Of a stretch of DNA of 64,000 nt, positions 17,501-22,601 are shown one piece after another. Below the pieces are notes generated by a model. It saw only the letters and a program-made list of their open reading frames with translations, made no database searches and was not told the origin of the DNA. Every line of letters starts with the position of its first letter. Positions within the stretch are counted from its first letter, which is position 1. This stretch comes from Clostridia bacterium (GTDB taxonomy: Bacteria; Bacillota; Clostridia; Christensenellales; UBA1242). The translations under genes and the position numbers were made by a program. The stretch covers positions 15,300 through 79,299 of the forward strand of contig JAZRVA010000058.1 of assembly GCA_045598865.1 (NCBI GenBank). Direction: 5' to 3'.

Positions 17501-20500
17501 ATTGAACTTGGTTTTGGTGGAAAATTGTATATTTATGACAACAAAAACGCTGGTGGTGCACAGGTTAACTTTGGTGGGTTTGATAATTTGATTAACAACG
17601 GCACTTACAATGCCCGTGTTTTAATTGGAGGCCTTGCAAATGGCAGTAAAATTGGGCTAACAATTGACGATAATGCGAAAGAAGACTTATTTGTGGGCAC
17701 AAACCCAATTTCTTCCTCCGACTTTGCATGCTTTGTAAGTGATAGCGCAGATTATGTGATATATCTAGACAGCAAAAACAACAAAATAAAATATTCCACA
17801 ATCGCCTCAGCAACTGTTGTGGCAAGTGGTGAGGTTGTGTTTGCCGATGGCTACTATCACGGCTTAACAAACAGCAACTTCCAGGTTTATGATTCTGGCA
17901 CATTGCTTGACCAAACTGACTTTGTGGTAACATACAGCACACAAGAAGATGGAATTTATACGTTAGTAAGCCCACAATATGCTTGGGTTGCCCAGAATAC
18001 CGTGTATTACAGAGTGTATAAAACTGCGGATTATGAGGCAGACCCAGATTCCGCCCCATATGCAAGCGGCAGCACAAAAGTGGTTGTGGCGCAAAGATAT
18101 TTGTCGGCCTTAGTGTTGCCAAAAGCGCGCGCAGACGTGGGCGCAACACTTGCCACTGTCCTAATTTTTGGTGGCGAAGTGGTGGATAACTTTGGCTCCC
18201 CAGTTGCAGGCACTTGGGCGTTTGCAGATGGCACGGCAATAGCCACAAATGGCGGAAAGTTTGATGTAACCTTTACCCCAAGTGTGGCGGGTGTTTACGC
18301 AAACGAGGGTGGCATTTTGGGCGCAATATCTGTGGAATATAAATTTGATTTGCTTAGATATAAAGTGGATGAAGATGACTCCTCCAAAACCGCTTTCTAC
18401 TCTGGTGCAACAAAAACAAACCTAGAAACATTACAACAGGCAATGCCACTTGTGGCAAATGGCGGCAGAATTGTGTTTGACACAAATTACAAGTTTGTTT
18501 CATCCGAAAGTGTAACTACCTCCGGCACGGTTTATATCTGCAAGGGTGTAGATTTAAGAGGCAATATGTTTGTGGTCTCCGATGAAATGGAAAACTTGGC
18601 AGTAACCTTCTCTGGCAACATTGTGTTTGATGGCGCGTGGGTGGAAGGGATTAATTTAAATAAAGAATTAATATTACCAAAAACTTTCCAGCAAGTTGAA
18701 TATTTGGAAGGCACAGGTACTCAATATATTGAAAACATATGGGATATAGGTGACCACACAATTGAATTTGACATAATGCCTATTGATATGAGTGGTGGAT
18801 TTAGCAACTGGTTATTTGGTTTATATGATACGTCTGGAATAGGGTTAGATCCGTGGACTTATGGTATAACAATAAGTAATTCTACATTAACTCAAGTCTA
18901 TGCTGGAACAGTAACTCCAACTAGAGCAGCAGAAGGTGTAAGAGAAAAATATACATTTGTAACCAGAGCAGGAGCTTATTCTACTGAAAAATTAGGTTTA
19001 TTCTTTGAAACTGGATATTACGATAGAATTTTTAAAGGTAGAGTTTATTCATTTAAAGTTAAAAGAACAAGTGACGATGAATTGATACGAGATTTAATTC
19101 CTTGCTATCGTAAATCAGATAATGTAATAGGTATGTATGACATTATTAATGATGTATTTTACACTAATTCGGGAATTGGAACATTTACAAAAGGGCCAAA
19201 TGTTGGCTCTCACAATTGGGGTGTGGCGTATGATGACCGCACACAAGAAGTGCTTGATGCCGGCTTACTACCTGTTGATTATATAGAAAGTAATGGCACA
19301 CAATATATTGACACGGGTTATGTGCCTAAGAGTGATACTATTGTTGAAATAAGTTTTGAGAAAACAAGTAACAGAACACAGTATGATCAAATATTTGGGC
19401 GATTTGATGATACAAACACTAAATTTTATTTAGAATTTTATGGCGGGCACATGTATCAGCAAATTGGGAATGGTAGCTATACTTATTCTAATGCTCAACT
19501 TAATACCAGATATGATGTTACCATTTCTACAAAAAAATTTACCGTTAATGGAACAGAAAAAACGGGAAACCTAACCTTTACTCAAAACAGTTCCACCTTG
19601 CATTTGTTTGGAAGAAATGGCACCAACACCAATAACACTCAATACAACGCTGCAATGAAACTTTATTATTTTAGAGTGTATGAAGGCACCACACTTGTTA
19701 AAGACCTTGCTCCGGCTTACAACCCAAGCACTGGCAAGGCAGGGCTTTATGACTATGTTTCCAAAGCGTTTATGACAAGTGCCAACTCTGCAGACCTATC
19801 ATATGGCTCTGTTACGCTAGCAAATTTCGCTGGCGCTACTACTACTACTACTAGCTCTTATTTAGCCATAAACGGAAACAACAATTATATAGATACTGGC
19901 ATTAAATTTAACGACACCTCTAAAATTGAAATAACCTTTAGTGGCACAACCGGCGGCCAGGGCAACGGCATGGTGTTAACTGGAAACACCGGCACTAGCA
20001 GCAGTGATCATAGCGGTTATATCAATGCAAGTGGTTGGGGCTATAGTGACTTTAATTCTAACGGCACAAGAACTGGTGAGAATATTGGCAGTTTTGCCCA
20101 AGTTTTTGATGGTACTAAAAAAACCATTACTTTTAGTGGTTATAGGCATAGCAACAATTCAGCAAAAATCTGCACTGGTTATTGGGTTGATAGTTATTAT
20201 GGCAGAGAAATGTATTGGTATAACATGAAAATTTGGAACACATCTGGCGATTTAATCAGAAACTATTATCCTACAGTATCAGGTGGGCAGGGTGGCTTCT
20301 GTGACTTAATAACCGGCGAGATAAGACTTTGCACAGGAACGGCAGATGTGGCAAATTCCTATATTGTTCCAGAACATACTTATAGTAGAATTAATCTTAA
20401 CGAAGGATACAATGGTTCCGGCTTATTTAGAGTTAAGGAGGGTAGCACGCTTAACTTAGAAGGTGGTGTGAGGTTTGAAAATTGGAATAGAACAGACGGC

Positions 20501-21163
20501 TATTCTTTCATTTACAACCAAGGCACTTTGAACATAAACGGTGCAAGTTTTGTGGGCAACAGTGTGACATCAAATGGCACAGATGACGTTTATGGCGGGC
20601 TGGTTTTGAACACGGGCACAGTTAACATAAACTCTGGCACGTTTGTAAACAACAAAGTTGAGGGCTCAGGTATGGCGTTTGGTGGCATTGTGTGCAACGC
20701 TGGTGGCACCGTTAACATTAACGGCGGCACATTTGTGGATAACAAAATTTCGGCCACAAACGGCGGACATGGCGCAGTGGTGTTTAACACAAATGGTGGA
20801 ACAACCAGTGTGTTTGGCGGCGAGTTTGTTAGAAACTCTGCCAACTATGGTGGCGTGGTGGCAAACGGAACTGGCACACTTGTGTTTGCCGGTGGCACAA
20901 CCAGTATGAACGTGGCAACCGTTAGCAATGGTGGCGCAGTGGTTAATGGGACAAATGTTGATGGAATTTCTAGCATAATTTATTTGGGTGGAGAAATGGT
21001 TGCAAACAGCATTCTTGCAAACGGGCAGCCAATCCCACAAAAAACAAACGTTGAAATCGCCGGCACAAACCATGCTCTTTGGGCTTGCATTGTGGCGCTT
21101 TTGGGCGCAGTTATTGCCTTTGTTTTTTGGAGAGTTTTAGAGCTTTCAAAAAGGAAAAATTAA
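5510..21163 (+). CDS. Giant secreted, C-terminally membrane-anchored beta-helix repeat surface protein (5,217 aa), putative adhesin
   Basis: Uninterrupted 15,654-nt ORF with gaggt SD 8 nt upstream. Signal peptide is MKTNIFKKILKVVAGMAVALAMVLS. A DUF6273-like segment is present (YYWLRSAPS...AARPALQLNL). Many GGAI/GGAV rungs (AQGGAIKV, DGGAINA, GGGAVRC, YGGAINC) resemble polymorphic-membrane-protein or pectin-lyase-like beta-helices. Four jelly-roll-like modules are present. The C-terminal helix LWACIVALLGAVIAFVFW is followed by RVLELSKRKN. Confidence 0.9.
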   Translation: MKTNIFKKILKVVAGMAVALAMVLSNPLVLLHQLSPAGDTENGGGSLYASASSASNPNVGAVAGVSSLQDLLVKTTLTNNGYKNDGTAITDDLTTQDYVWLPKSGSASDLTAIQGMVTNSDAGRMTTATEWALANNSYVYDCCTTSSPYYWLRSAPSASYVHRVYYFGSVVDTYVYSSYVAARPALQLNLASIISARSALGIEIDATAGTIIIPQVKYPQTLVDTTSALATTLNTLGNTDSSTRAVSPSGGMLATGVSYPGYDSSYKEYYYDGNYYVHAKINRYSGSDSLPFAQEQDTATEDPSTHKVTWTTADDLANGKYAWFKVEPIVWHISNLSEILSDINNNNTSTTNTMYVISNQAIVEMGQFYINGSDAYRSMWQNSRLRAYLNGYNLLEENATNGNATYNAALVTNNNANFDFSGPGKGFLQTVWHEAVPAKVIFDPVGGDSFVALQSALNVASVQNVRFASTLTVDNAFVSANGSTIDFKGKTLSGVGINNCLINITTSSDVTIANANFADCPYGAIVSTGTGKLNVQNCTFTNCYVNYEQTVTSTTVVENKAQGGAIKVTGDLKATNCNFVGCYAKASVTATGSGVVATVSNLAQGGAIYAKPASGTANVELTNCTFDGCYAQYSQTLNDSATASKDSVDCGGAVFVEGESTITDCTFTGCYAADGGAINATTTNVKACTFTGCYASSSAGAIRATTLETHNSTFEGCYSQAGGGAVRCTNASVYDTSFYSCRSNSSGGAILAITLNLNNSSFNNCCVTSGNSGAVYCGSLYGDGNKFTNCYAQSYGGAINCSDGILEISNTLFDNCYSQLSQYQGGAISTTNGSYKKIVNCQFYNCYLNNAKNTTDTGYGGAVYVANNSYTSPGACSADVSIVGCVFGKWVDANGDGVVDANENEIFGNKAKYGGACYINTTGNVTIEDSTFVGNDFNYSGEVFFNVNFMGAALYVPSGNGKNLMLSNCVFEHNGYGVISGSDKGIGTLFASGYKTYITNCVFDDCRGGVASALKINGSGNFVMSNTIIKDTTTGYGGLVDVGDFNYLSVSNCSFSGYKNGNHRNDAKTLYRFAGNTEIEFKSNIIFNHDYTSTTASGTCVSLDSVTGTVKKIEGNTFEQNKSFTNVLNVFNSYRVQSYLKDNKFVNNTNKDGGGNIVNVNVYTYNSVTLDGGDRLVVEDCVFEGNSGRALYAGAHINTIKNCTFSNNTLASGNGAAINLPKPTAGSTGLTDPPYLKTSEKNQILNCKFSGNLTSANDSLGGAIYSIENRVDIVSCQFSANQAKSAGGAIRADITNSDNREHCLISISNCQFYANVASNGDGGAVSSTNKSECDGCLFEKNSARKGGAVSMNFAPTFKNCNFYDNYATTEGGAIFSGSSVSLTDCLISNNYAGTNGGGAKGNAFSIKGGTQIINNYCGSSGFGAGVYVSYIGFTLVPSAKAIVINNNFGNAVWDDTNKKVESYDENKPSNVYKVDPYMIGFDSSYFKYGKPNIDVGFSFNNLDIQNHIGDGKDYCFVVHETEWAYSDILECLHPDVTTVEITSGDNAGIYDLVPYYDSAKYMLKIIKQGSDNIEYVASGFYGPYDGWWHTVDVKVVSPDSGYTIKYSNAENGTFSADLVENQTVFKDVTVERTVWFTIEASGKTTVKDSAKVTIIAMPTQIILSSAKLTADFGTSFAVNTSLNGYLTGAFVVDANGNNVAGDFYFSTAQTMSMQSGAIKAFGGNLTFKPSNSNFAAPTAVAASGIAGAVVYTDLWYYDGYFYNTLARAATKSGESITSDTTYRVSKADNGATLTAMLKFLPANATVYFLTAYNVAANETLEIGTNNFVFTKITDTNIVGIIGNTNNIFSIQSGKTLTITTDKFGRLTICGVGTASNNQALIANAGTLTIDGNVVISANNTTGNASLKGAGISGGTVNLTGVTLTGLVAADCAAIYASGNLSLTDVVVNNCTTNANNSIVCTNGTATINYSTISGNSGNNRNDVLINGGGSDVVHAINGSNMDSVYFASSAGGTINLSGNVQIPKMSYYFYESSTSGFAVYNVGLTAASRIKLNATNSTVVGTYALRTAVYSLDGIYGKIFSLLNSGTGIGGLGISGGFMVVLATSSSSTEDEEDEEDEYLRVLPTGLQEVEYIERSSGTITLNANFNPQTDIFELVYSSNEFFWWPYGMWTSSNCSVFTINGASQYYSNFNVSSKTRLTFGKSRIRLENLSSGAQTGTSNSAWGTQTSSSFEFLSGNYYGFKVWSNEILVHNLVPCVVKADQTFTDSTDTTYNENKVGFYDVLTGIFYCGSGFSASATTGFYEEIYWDPANTSTNADDANNGSQYAPVLSLDKAVKLAKQYGAVVKQLSTLTVSTETTLDFKNVVLGRASGFTGDHLSVSTTDAVTVNNVRVDGNYTTVGDLFAYKISTVAGANVTLNNFKMDTLTYGGIKFAGDSTTKTAVLNINNAKINSRCNSMSDNDEKRCININNTETVTLTNCDLSGSAQIYCSDGTLNINNCNLHDNCFGSGTQAVPGGAVRAATVVAKNCKFINNKTSKSGGAIYASSVNATNCTFSDGTVGYNVHGAGICSSGNVVVENCRFENLACSTSGDTHGGAISANGTVTAKSCQFIKTAAYQGGGIFAGGDVYLENCDFDKIFKFYSATNHWGAAFVHAGSNKITAINCTFTDSWAGKSIFQCGAMVMDNCIISGCSNGTSYGSCSIQCSSIEATNCTFIDNNCTINEKGIIYCTGNVTLTNCDISRNTTRDTIIFADNASANVVIKDTKINNNTVTGQDIGQNGSTNWVLNFAGGVYVAGTANITNSEICNNSATRKMTVNNNSGVEINCVGGLFVRGETTLSNVKINNNAFSSTNMNVHDNTTKTEINTIGGLLVKNTLTLSNVEINNNTVNVTETLTNNASQSYTEVGGLRSTSTATLTNVEICHNTSTNGIGGLSTGGGTWLNVTVGYNTGYTYGVGITSATQITNSNFCYNTVTRNTSESMSGLHLNAGSTFTNCNFFGNKNGNCCGVHYSWSGNGTFYNCSFYDNYTTSGHNYGGCIIATNGDLLKMYNCKIYNNISTNMNTIGVANQSAYFYNTEFYNNSTSGSYVVGNNYNCSTVWFENCSLHNNKGRIINSYTNANNLLTMINTSVFANNDTNENNYSISLSKANIDNCQFYNNTKNGSNPFIRGETGDFSVTNCRFYNNRATLINRAGGVITNFSNNYISGNTGEYIVSVSGTVTNFENNVFANNKLTSNSYGVVYMPTGSTVKGCVFYGNTNVSTGADSPIILVGSGRTVTFDSCLFYENASLGTSATANKVFKFVGEANFNACQFANNYYYDSNLSTTKKLAIASVYVDGGVATIDGCVFTLNPSTDLPFGNYGVFYVNSGELNIYGKFEKLALGEANLVVVDGGVANVYAQILSNTVSVAIIKQSGGELNLKGTIISGNTATAGSIIEQLGGDLNIQSATISNNTSSQGSVIDAIGGDFSATGSTIANNTASAGAILKTGAGVAKISACTISGNTTQSGTIYTGGMLNLKQNTIANNTGVNGGAICVGNGGVCVLESGTLASNTATSGGAIYVENGGLFTLLAGVVGETNTASGTNTSEGGGAIYVAEGGKAVINGGEVVGNTAKYGAGIYNNGTLVVNDGKFWKNKISVASGMGGGIYNSGLATINYVQLSANNYISTSSQTIYGLALANSGKLNMLGGIVENNSFDACSGAVYCNEGTANISGVTFDNNANYFGSAINVKATATAKIANCTFNLPTSYRHPSGGNGRGAGLYLEGNFEVENCHFSGTGTSNTKYNGAVYIINTASGKMTDCTFEDIFFNGCSAFAGTVGAGKTVEIVDCTISGCRKDGTDSSSNVLQADGEVIIDNLHYVNNYGTNYAGFNLRGSGSVVIRNSLFEGNYTTATNDNVEFVCALALGGTATKLVDNCVFKNNNNSSRSVSTLYISNTAQDVTIKDCTFENNTCYSVIYTKTASGTAGSLKFVGNNTIENNNVKRKAIDFVNESTSGFGIELGFGGKLYIYDNKNAGGAQVNFGGFDNLINNGTYNARVLIGGLANGSKIGLTIDDNAKEDLFVGTNPISSSDFACFVSDSADYVIYLDSKNNKIKYSTIASATVVASGEVVFADGYYHGLTNSNFQVYDSGTLLDQTDFVVTYSTQEDGIYTLVSPQYAWVAQNTVYYRVYKTADYEADPDSAPYASGSTKVVVAQRYLSALVLPKARADVGATLATVLIFGGEVVDNFGSPVAGTWAFADGTAIATNGGKFDVTFTPSVAGVYANEGGILGAISVEYKFDLLRYKVDEDDSSKTAFYSGATKTNLETLQQAMPLVANGGRIVFDTNYKFVSSESVTTSGTVYICKGVDLRGNMFVVSDEMENLAVTFSGNIVFDGAWVEGINLNKELILPKTFQQVEYLEGTGTQYIENIWDIGDHTIEFDIMPIDMSGGFSNWLFGLYDTSGIGLDPWTYGITISNSTLTQVYAGTVTPTRAAEGVREKYTFVTRAGAYSTEKLGLFFETGYYDRIFKGRVYSFKVKRTSDDELIRDLIPCYRKSDNVIGMYDIINDVFYTNSGIGTFTKGPNVGSHNWGVAYDDRTQEVLDAGLLPVDYIESNGTQYIDTGYVPKSDTIVEISFEKTSNRTQYDQIFGRFDDTNTKFYLEFYGGHMYQQIGNGSYTYSNAQLNTRYDVTISTKKFTVNGTEKTGNLTFTQNSSTLHLFGRNGTNTNNTQYNAAMKLYYFRVYEGTTLVKDLAPAYNPSTGKAGLYDYVSKAFMTSANSADLSYGSVTLANFAGATTTTTSSYLAINGNNNYIDTGIKFNDTSKIEITFSGTTGGQGNGMVLTGNTGTSSSDHSGYINASGWGYSDFNSNGTRTGENIGSFAQVFDGTKKTITFSGYRHSNNSAKICTGYWVDSYYGREMYWYNMKIWNTSGDLIRNYYPTVSGGQGGFCDLITGEIRLCTGTADVANSYIVPEHTYSRINLNEGYNGSGLFRVKEGSTLNLEGGVRFENWNRTDGYSFIYNQGTLNINGASFVGNSVTSNGTDDVYGGLVLNTGTVNINSGTFVNNKVEGSGMAFGGIVCNAGGTVNINGGTFVDNKISATNGGHGAVVFNTNGGTTSVFGGEFVRNSANYGGVVANGTGTLVFAGGTTSMNVATVSNGGAVVNGTNVDGISSIIYLGGEMVANSILANGQPIPQKTNVEIAGTNHALWACIVALLGAVIAFVFWRVLELSKRKN
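5585..5634 (+). repeat. In-frame copy of the L-type repeat end inside giant gene 1 (codons 26-42)
   Basis: aaccctttggtgctgttgcaccaactttcccctgcaggggacacggaaaa has 3 mismatches to the 44-nt end at 5196. It is translated as NPLVLLHQLSPAGDTEN, immediately after the signal-peptide h-region. Confidence 0.85.
11876..12400 (+). other. Jelly-roll/LamG-like module, giant gene 1 copy 1, preceded by the acidic linker TEDEEDEEDEY (11834-11866)
   Basis: Starts LPTGLQEVEYIERSSG and ends KVGFYDVLTGIFYCGSG. It shares the start and end signatures of the other eight modules. Confidence 0.5.
18674..20350 (+). other. Three tandem jelly-roll/LamG-like modules near the C-terminus of giant gene 1
   Basis: Module starts are LPKTFQQVEYLEGTGTQYIEN (18674), LLPVDYIESNGTQYIDTGY (19265) and SSYLAINGNNNYIDTGI (19853). 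Module ends are GMYDIINDVFYTNSGIGTF, GLYDYVSKAFMTS and GFCDLITGEIRLCTG. Confidence 0.55.
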
Positions 21164-21169
21164 AAATTT

Positions 21170-21328
21170 AAGTGTCCCATCAAGGGGGTTGCTATATGAT
21201 TTATTAAGTGTCCCCTCAAGGGAAAGGGGGTATATAAGTTAAAAGTGTCCCCTCAAGGGGAAGGGGGTATATAAGTTAAAAGTGTCCCCTCAAGGGGAAG
21301 GTGGTAGGCTTTTGCCTACCAAAGGGTT
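21170..21328 (+). repeat. Tandem array of the R-type core (about 36-37-bp period, three units) ending in a complete R-type end
   Basis: The unit aagtgtcccctcaaggggaagggggtatataagttaa starts at 21170 (diverged), 21206 and 21243. The complete end gtgtcccctcaaggggaaggtggtaggcttttgcctaccaaagggtt follows at 21282-21328. The array begins 7 nt after the giant-gene stop codon. Confidence 0.85.
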
Positions 21329-21332
21329 AAAA

Positions 21333-21689
21333 ATGTTAGAACTAAAATACAACCAAAAAAACATCAATAAAGGCAAAGAGTTAAGAAAAACCATGACCAA
21401 AGAAGAACGTAAACTTTGGTTTGAATTCTTAACAAACTTGCCTATAAAAATTTACCGGCAAAAACTTATTGGAAATTTTATTGTTGATTTTTATTGCCAC
21501 AAAAAGAAAATTGCAATTGAAATTGATGGCAGTCAGCACTTTTTTGATGACGAAAAGCACAAAGACGAATTGCGGACGGAATATTTAAATTCGCTTGGAA
21601 TAACAGTTTTGAGGTATTCTAATTTGGATATTTCTAAAAATTTTAGTTCTGTTTGCAAAGATATTTATAATAAAATTTTTGAGGATTAA
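21333..21689 (+). CDS. DUF559 (Vsr-like, PD-(D/E)xK fold) endonuclease-domain protein, 118 aa
   Basis: ELRKTMTKEERKLWFEFL...YRQKLIGNFIVDFYCHKKKIAIEIDGSQH...ELRTEYLNSLGITVLRYSNLDI matches the DUF559 consensus (LR...T.aE..LW, FRRQ.piG.yIvDF.C, viElDG.qH, vlRf.N). The start is set at the ATG at 21333. The ORF-track start at 21282 lies inside the repeat. Confidence 0.85.
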   Translation: MLELKYNQKNINKGKELRKTMTKEERKLWFEFLTNLPIKIYRQKLIGNFIVDFYCHKKKIAIEIDGSQHFFDDEKHKDELRTEYLNSLGITVLRYSNLDISKNFSSVCKDIYNKIFED

Positions 21690-21704
21690 TTAAAACTTTT
21701 TTTA

Positions 21705-21962
21705 AACCCTTTGGTGCTTTGCACCAGCCTTCCCCTAAAGGGGACACTGAGAGTGAAAGTTGGCAAATTACAACCATGCCTAAAGGGGACACGGAAAAAA
21801 AGTAAACTCAATTTTTCCAGTTAGAATATATAAACATGTGTGTGTAATTTTTTCAGTTAGAATACGAGGAAAGTTGTCCCACCTCTAAGGAAAATACTAA
21901 AACTTGTATTAATTTGTGTCCCCTCAAGGGGAAGGTGGTAGGCTTTTGCCTACCAAAGGGTT
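21705..21962 (+). mobile_element. MITE-like element copy B bounded by inverted hairpin ends
   Basis: L-type end at 21705-21747, 1.3 copies of the 45-bp unit (21734-21792), and an internal direct repeat cagttagaata (two copies). The R-type end at 21916-21962 is identical to 21282-21328. Confidence 0.6.
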
Positions 21963-21986
21963 AAAACTCGCTCATAAAACCAATAA

Positions 21987-22016
21987 AACCCGTGGTGCGA
22001 CCCACGGGTTTTTTCT
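21987..22016 (+). terminator. Rho-independent terminator closing the giant gene 1 / DUF559 unit
   Basis: 9-bp stem aacccgtgg / ccacgggtt, 6-nt loop, followed by a T-run (22009-22014). Confidence 0.8.
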
Positions 22017-22254
22017 ATTTTTATTACCAAACAAAAAACACTAAACAAAATTGTTACATGTGGCTAAAATAGCAACTTGCACAAACTTTTAACTTTTTAA
22101 AAACTTTTGGGTTTTTGTGGCAAAAAATTGCGTTTTTTGTTTGGTGAAATTGCCTTTATATAATATAATTATTCTTGTATAATTATACCCACTATGCTCA
22201 TTATAACTTTGAGGGTTAAAGTTCTTTTGCAAAAGACGTTTCAAGAAAAGCATT

Positions 22255-22285
22255 GCCCTTTCTTGTAACTGGCAAAAGAAAGGGC
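22255..22285 (+). promoter_or_regulatory. HP1 hairpin copy upstream of giant gene 2, with its loop inverted
   Basis: gccctttctt-gtaactggcaa-aagaaagggc. The loop is the reverse complement of the loop at 5423-5433 (10 of 11 nt). One stem pair is changed from A-T to C-G. Confidence 0.5.
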
Positions 22286-22293
22286 GCAAAGAA

Positions 22294-22522
22294 AACCCTT
22301 TGGTGCTGTGCACCAACCTTCCCCTAAAGGGGACACAACAAGTGTTATGTTGCCATAAAGGGGACACGGCAAGAGTGTTTGGCAAGTGCAAACATACCCA
22401 AAGGGGATGCGGAAAAAAGAAATTGCGATTCCCAAGAGACCCCTAAAACGCTTTCTAAGAGGTTAAGAAAACTAGAAAAGTGTCCCATTTAGGGGAAGGT
22501 GGTGCGAAGGCACCAAAGGGTT
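22294..22522 (+). mobile_element. TIR-bounded element R4 in the leader of giant gene 2 (MITE-like; an invertible segment cannot be excluded)
   Basis: Left end (22294-22336) is aaccctttggtgctgtgcaccaaccttcccctaaaggggacac. Right end (22480-22522) gtgtcccatttaggggaaggtggtgcgaaggcaccaaagggtt is its reverse complement apart from the loop, one indel and one mismatch. The interior has diverged aaaggggacac units and the box attcccaagagacccctaaaacgctttctaagaggtt (22429-22464). Confidence 0.6.
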
Positions 22523-22601
22523 GCAGCAATTGCACAAAAAAATAATGAGAGAGGGTTTTAAATATACAAACTTTTTAAAAAAGGTAATTTGGTAAAGAAT
22601 T

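Noticed and set aside
19838-19852. (ACT)5 microsatellite between jelly-roll modules 3 and 4 of giant gene 1, and the GAA/GAT-rich acidic linker at 11834-11866
   Set aside because: Both are in-frame trinucleotide repeats encoding linker residues (TTTTT and EDEEDEEDE). Length change would not shift the frame, and the acidic run is imperfect at the DNA level.
21040-21163. Sortase (LPXTG) or other known cell-wall sorting signals at the C-termini of the surface proteins
   Set aside because: The hydrophobic helix plus basic tail is present, but no LPXTG-like motif precedes it in any of the three proteins (IAGTNHALW, YEPQTFNNL, NTATPII). They are called plain TM anchors instead.
21282-21332. N-terminal extension of the DUF559 ORF (MSPQGEGGRLLPTKGLK) and the ORFs 22089..22391, 22241..22435 and 22472..22744
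   Set aside because: They are composed of repeat-end or leader sequence, have no homology signal and use non-ATG or SD-less starts. The DUF559 homology begins at the ATG at 21333.
3866-22522. Treating the whole repeat-flanked region (giant gene 1 plus flanks) as a composite transposon or genomic island
   Set aside because: No transposase or integrase is present, there is no tRNA-adjacent att-like duplication, and repeat copies of both orientations occur on both sides without a consistent outer boundary.
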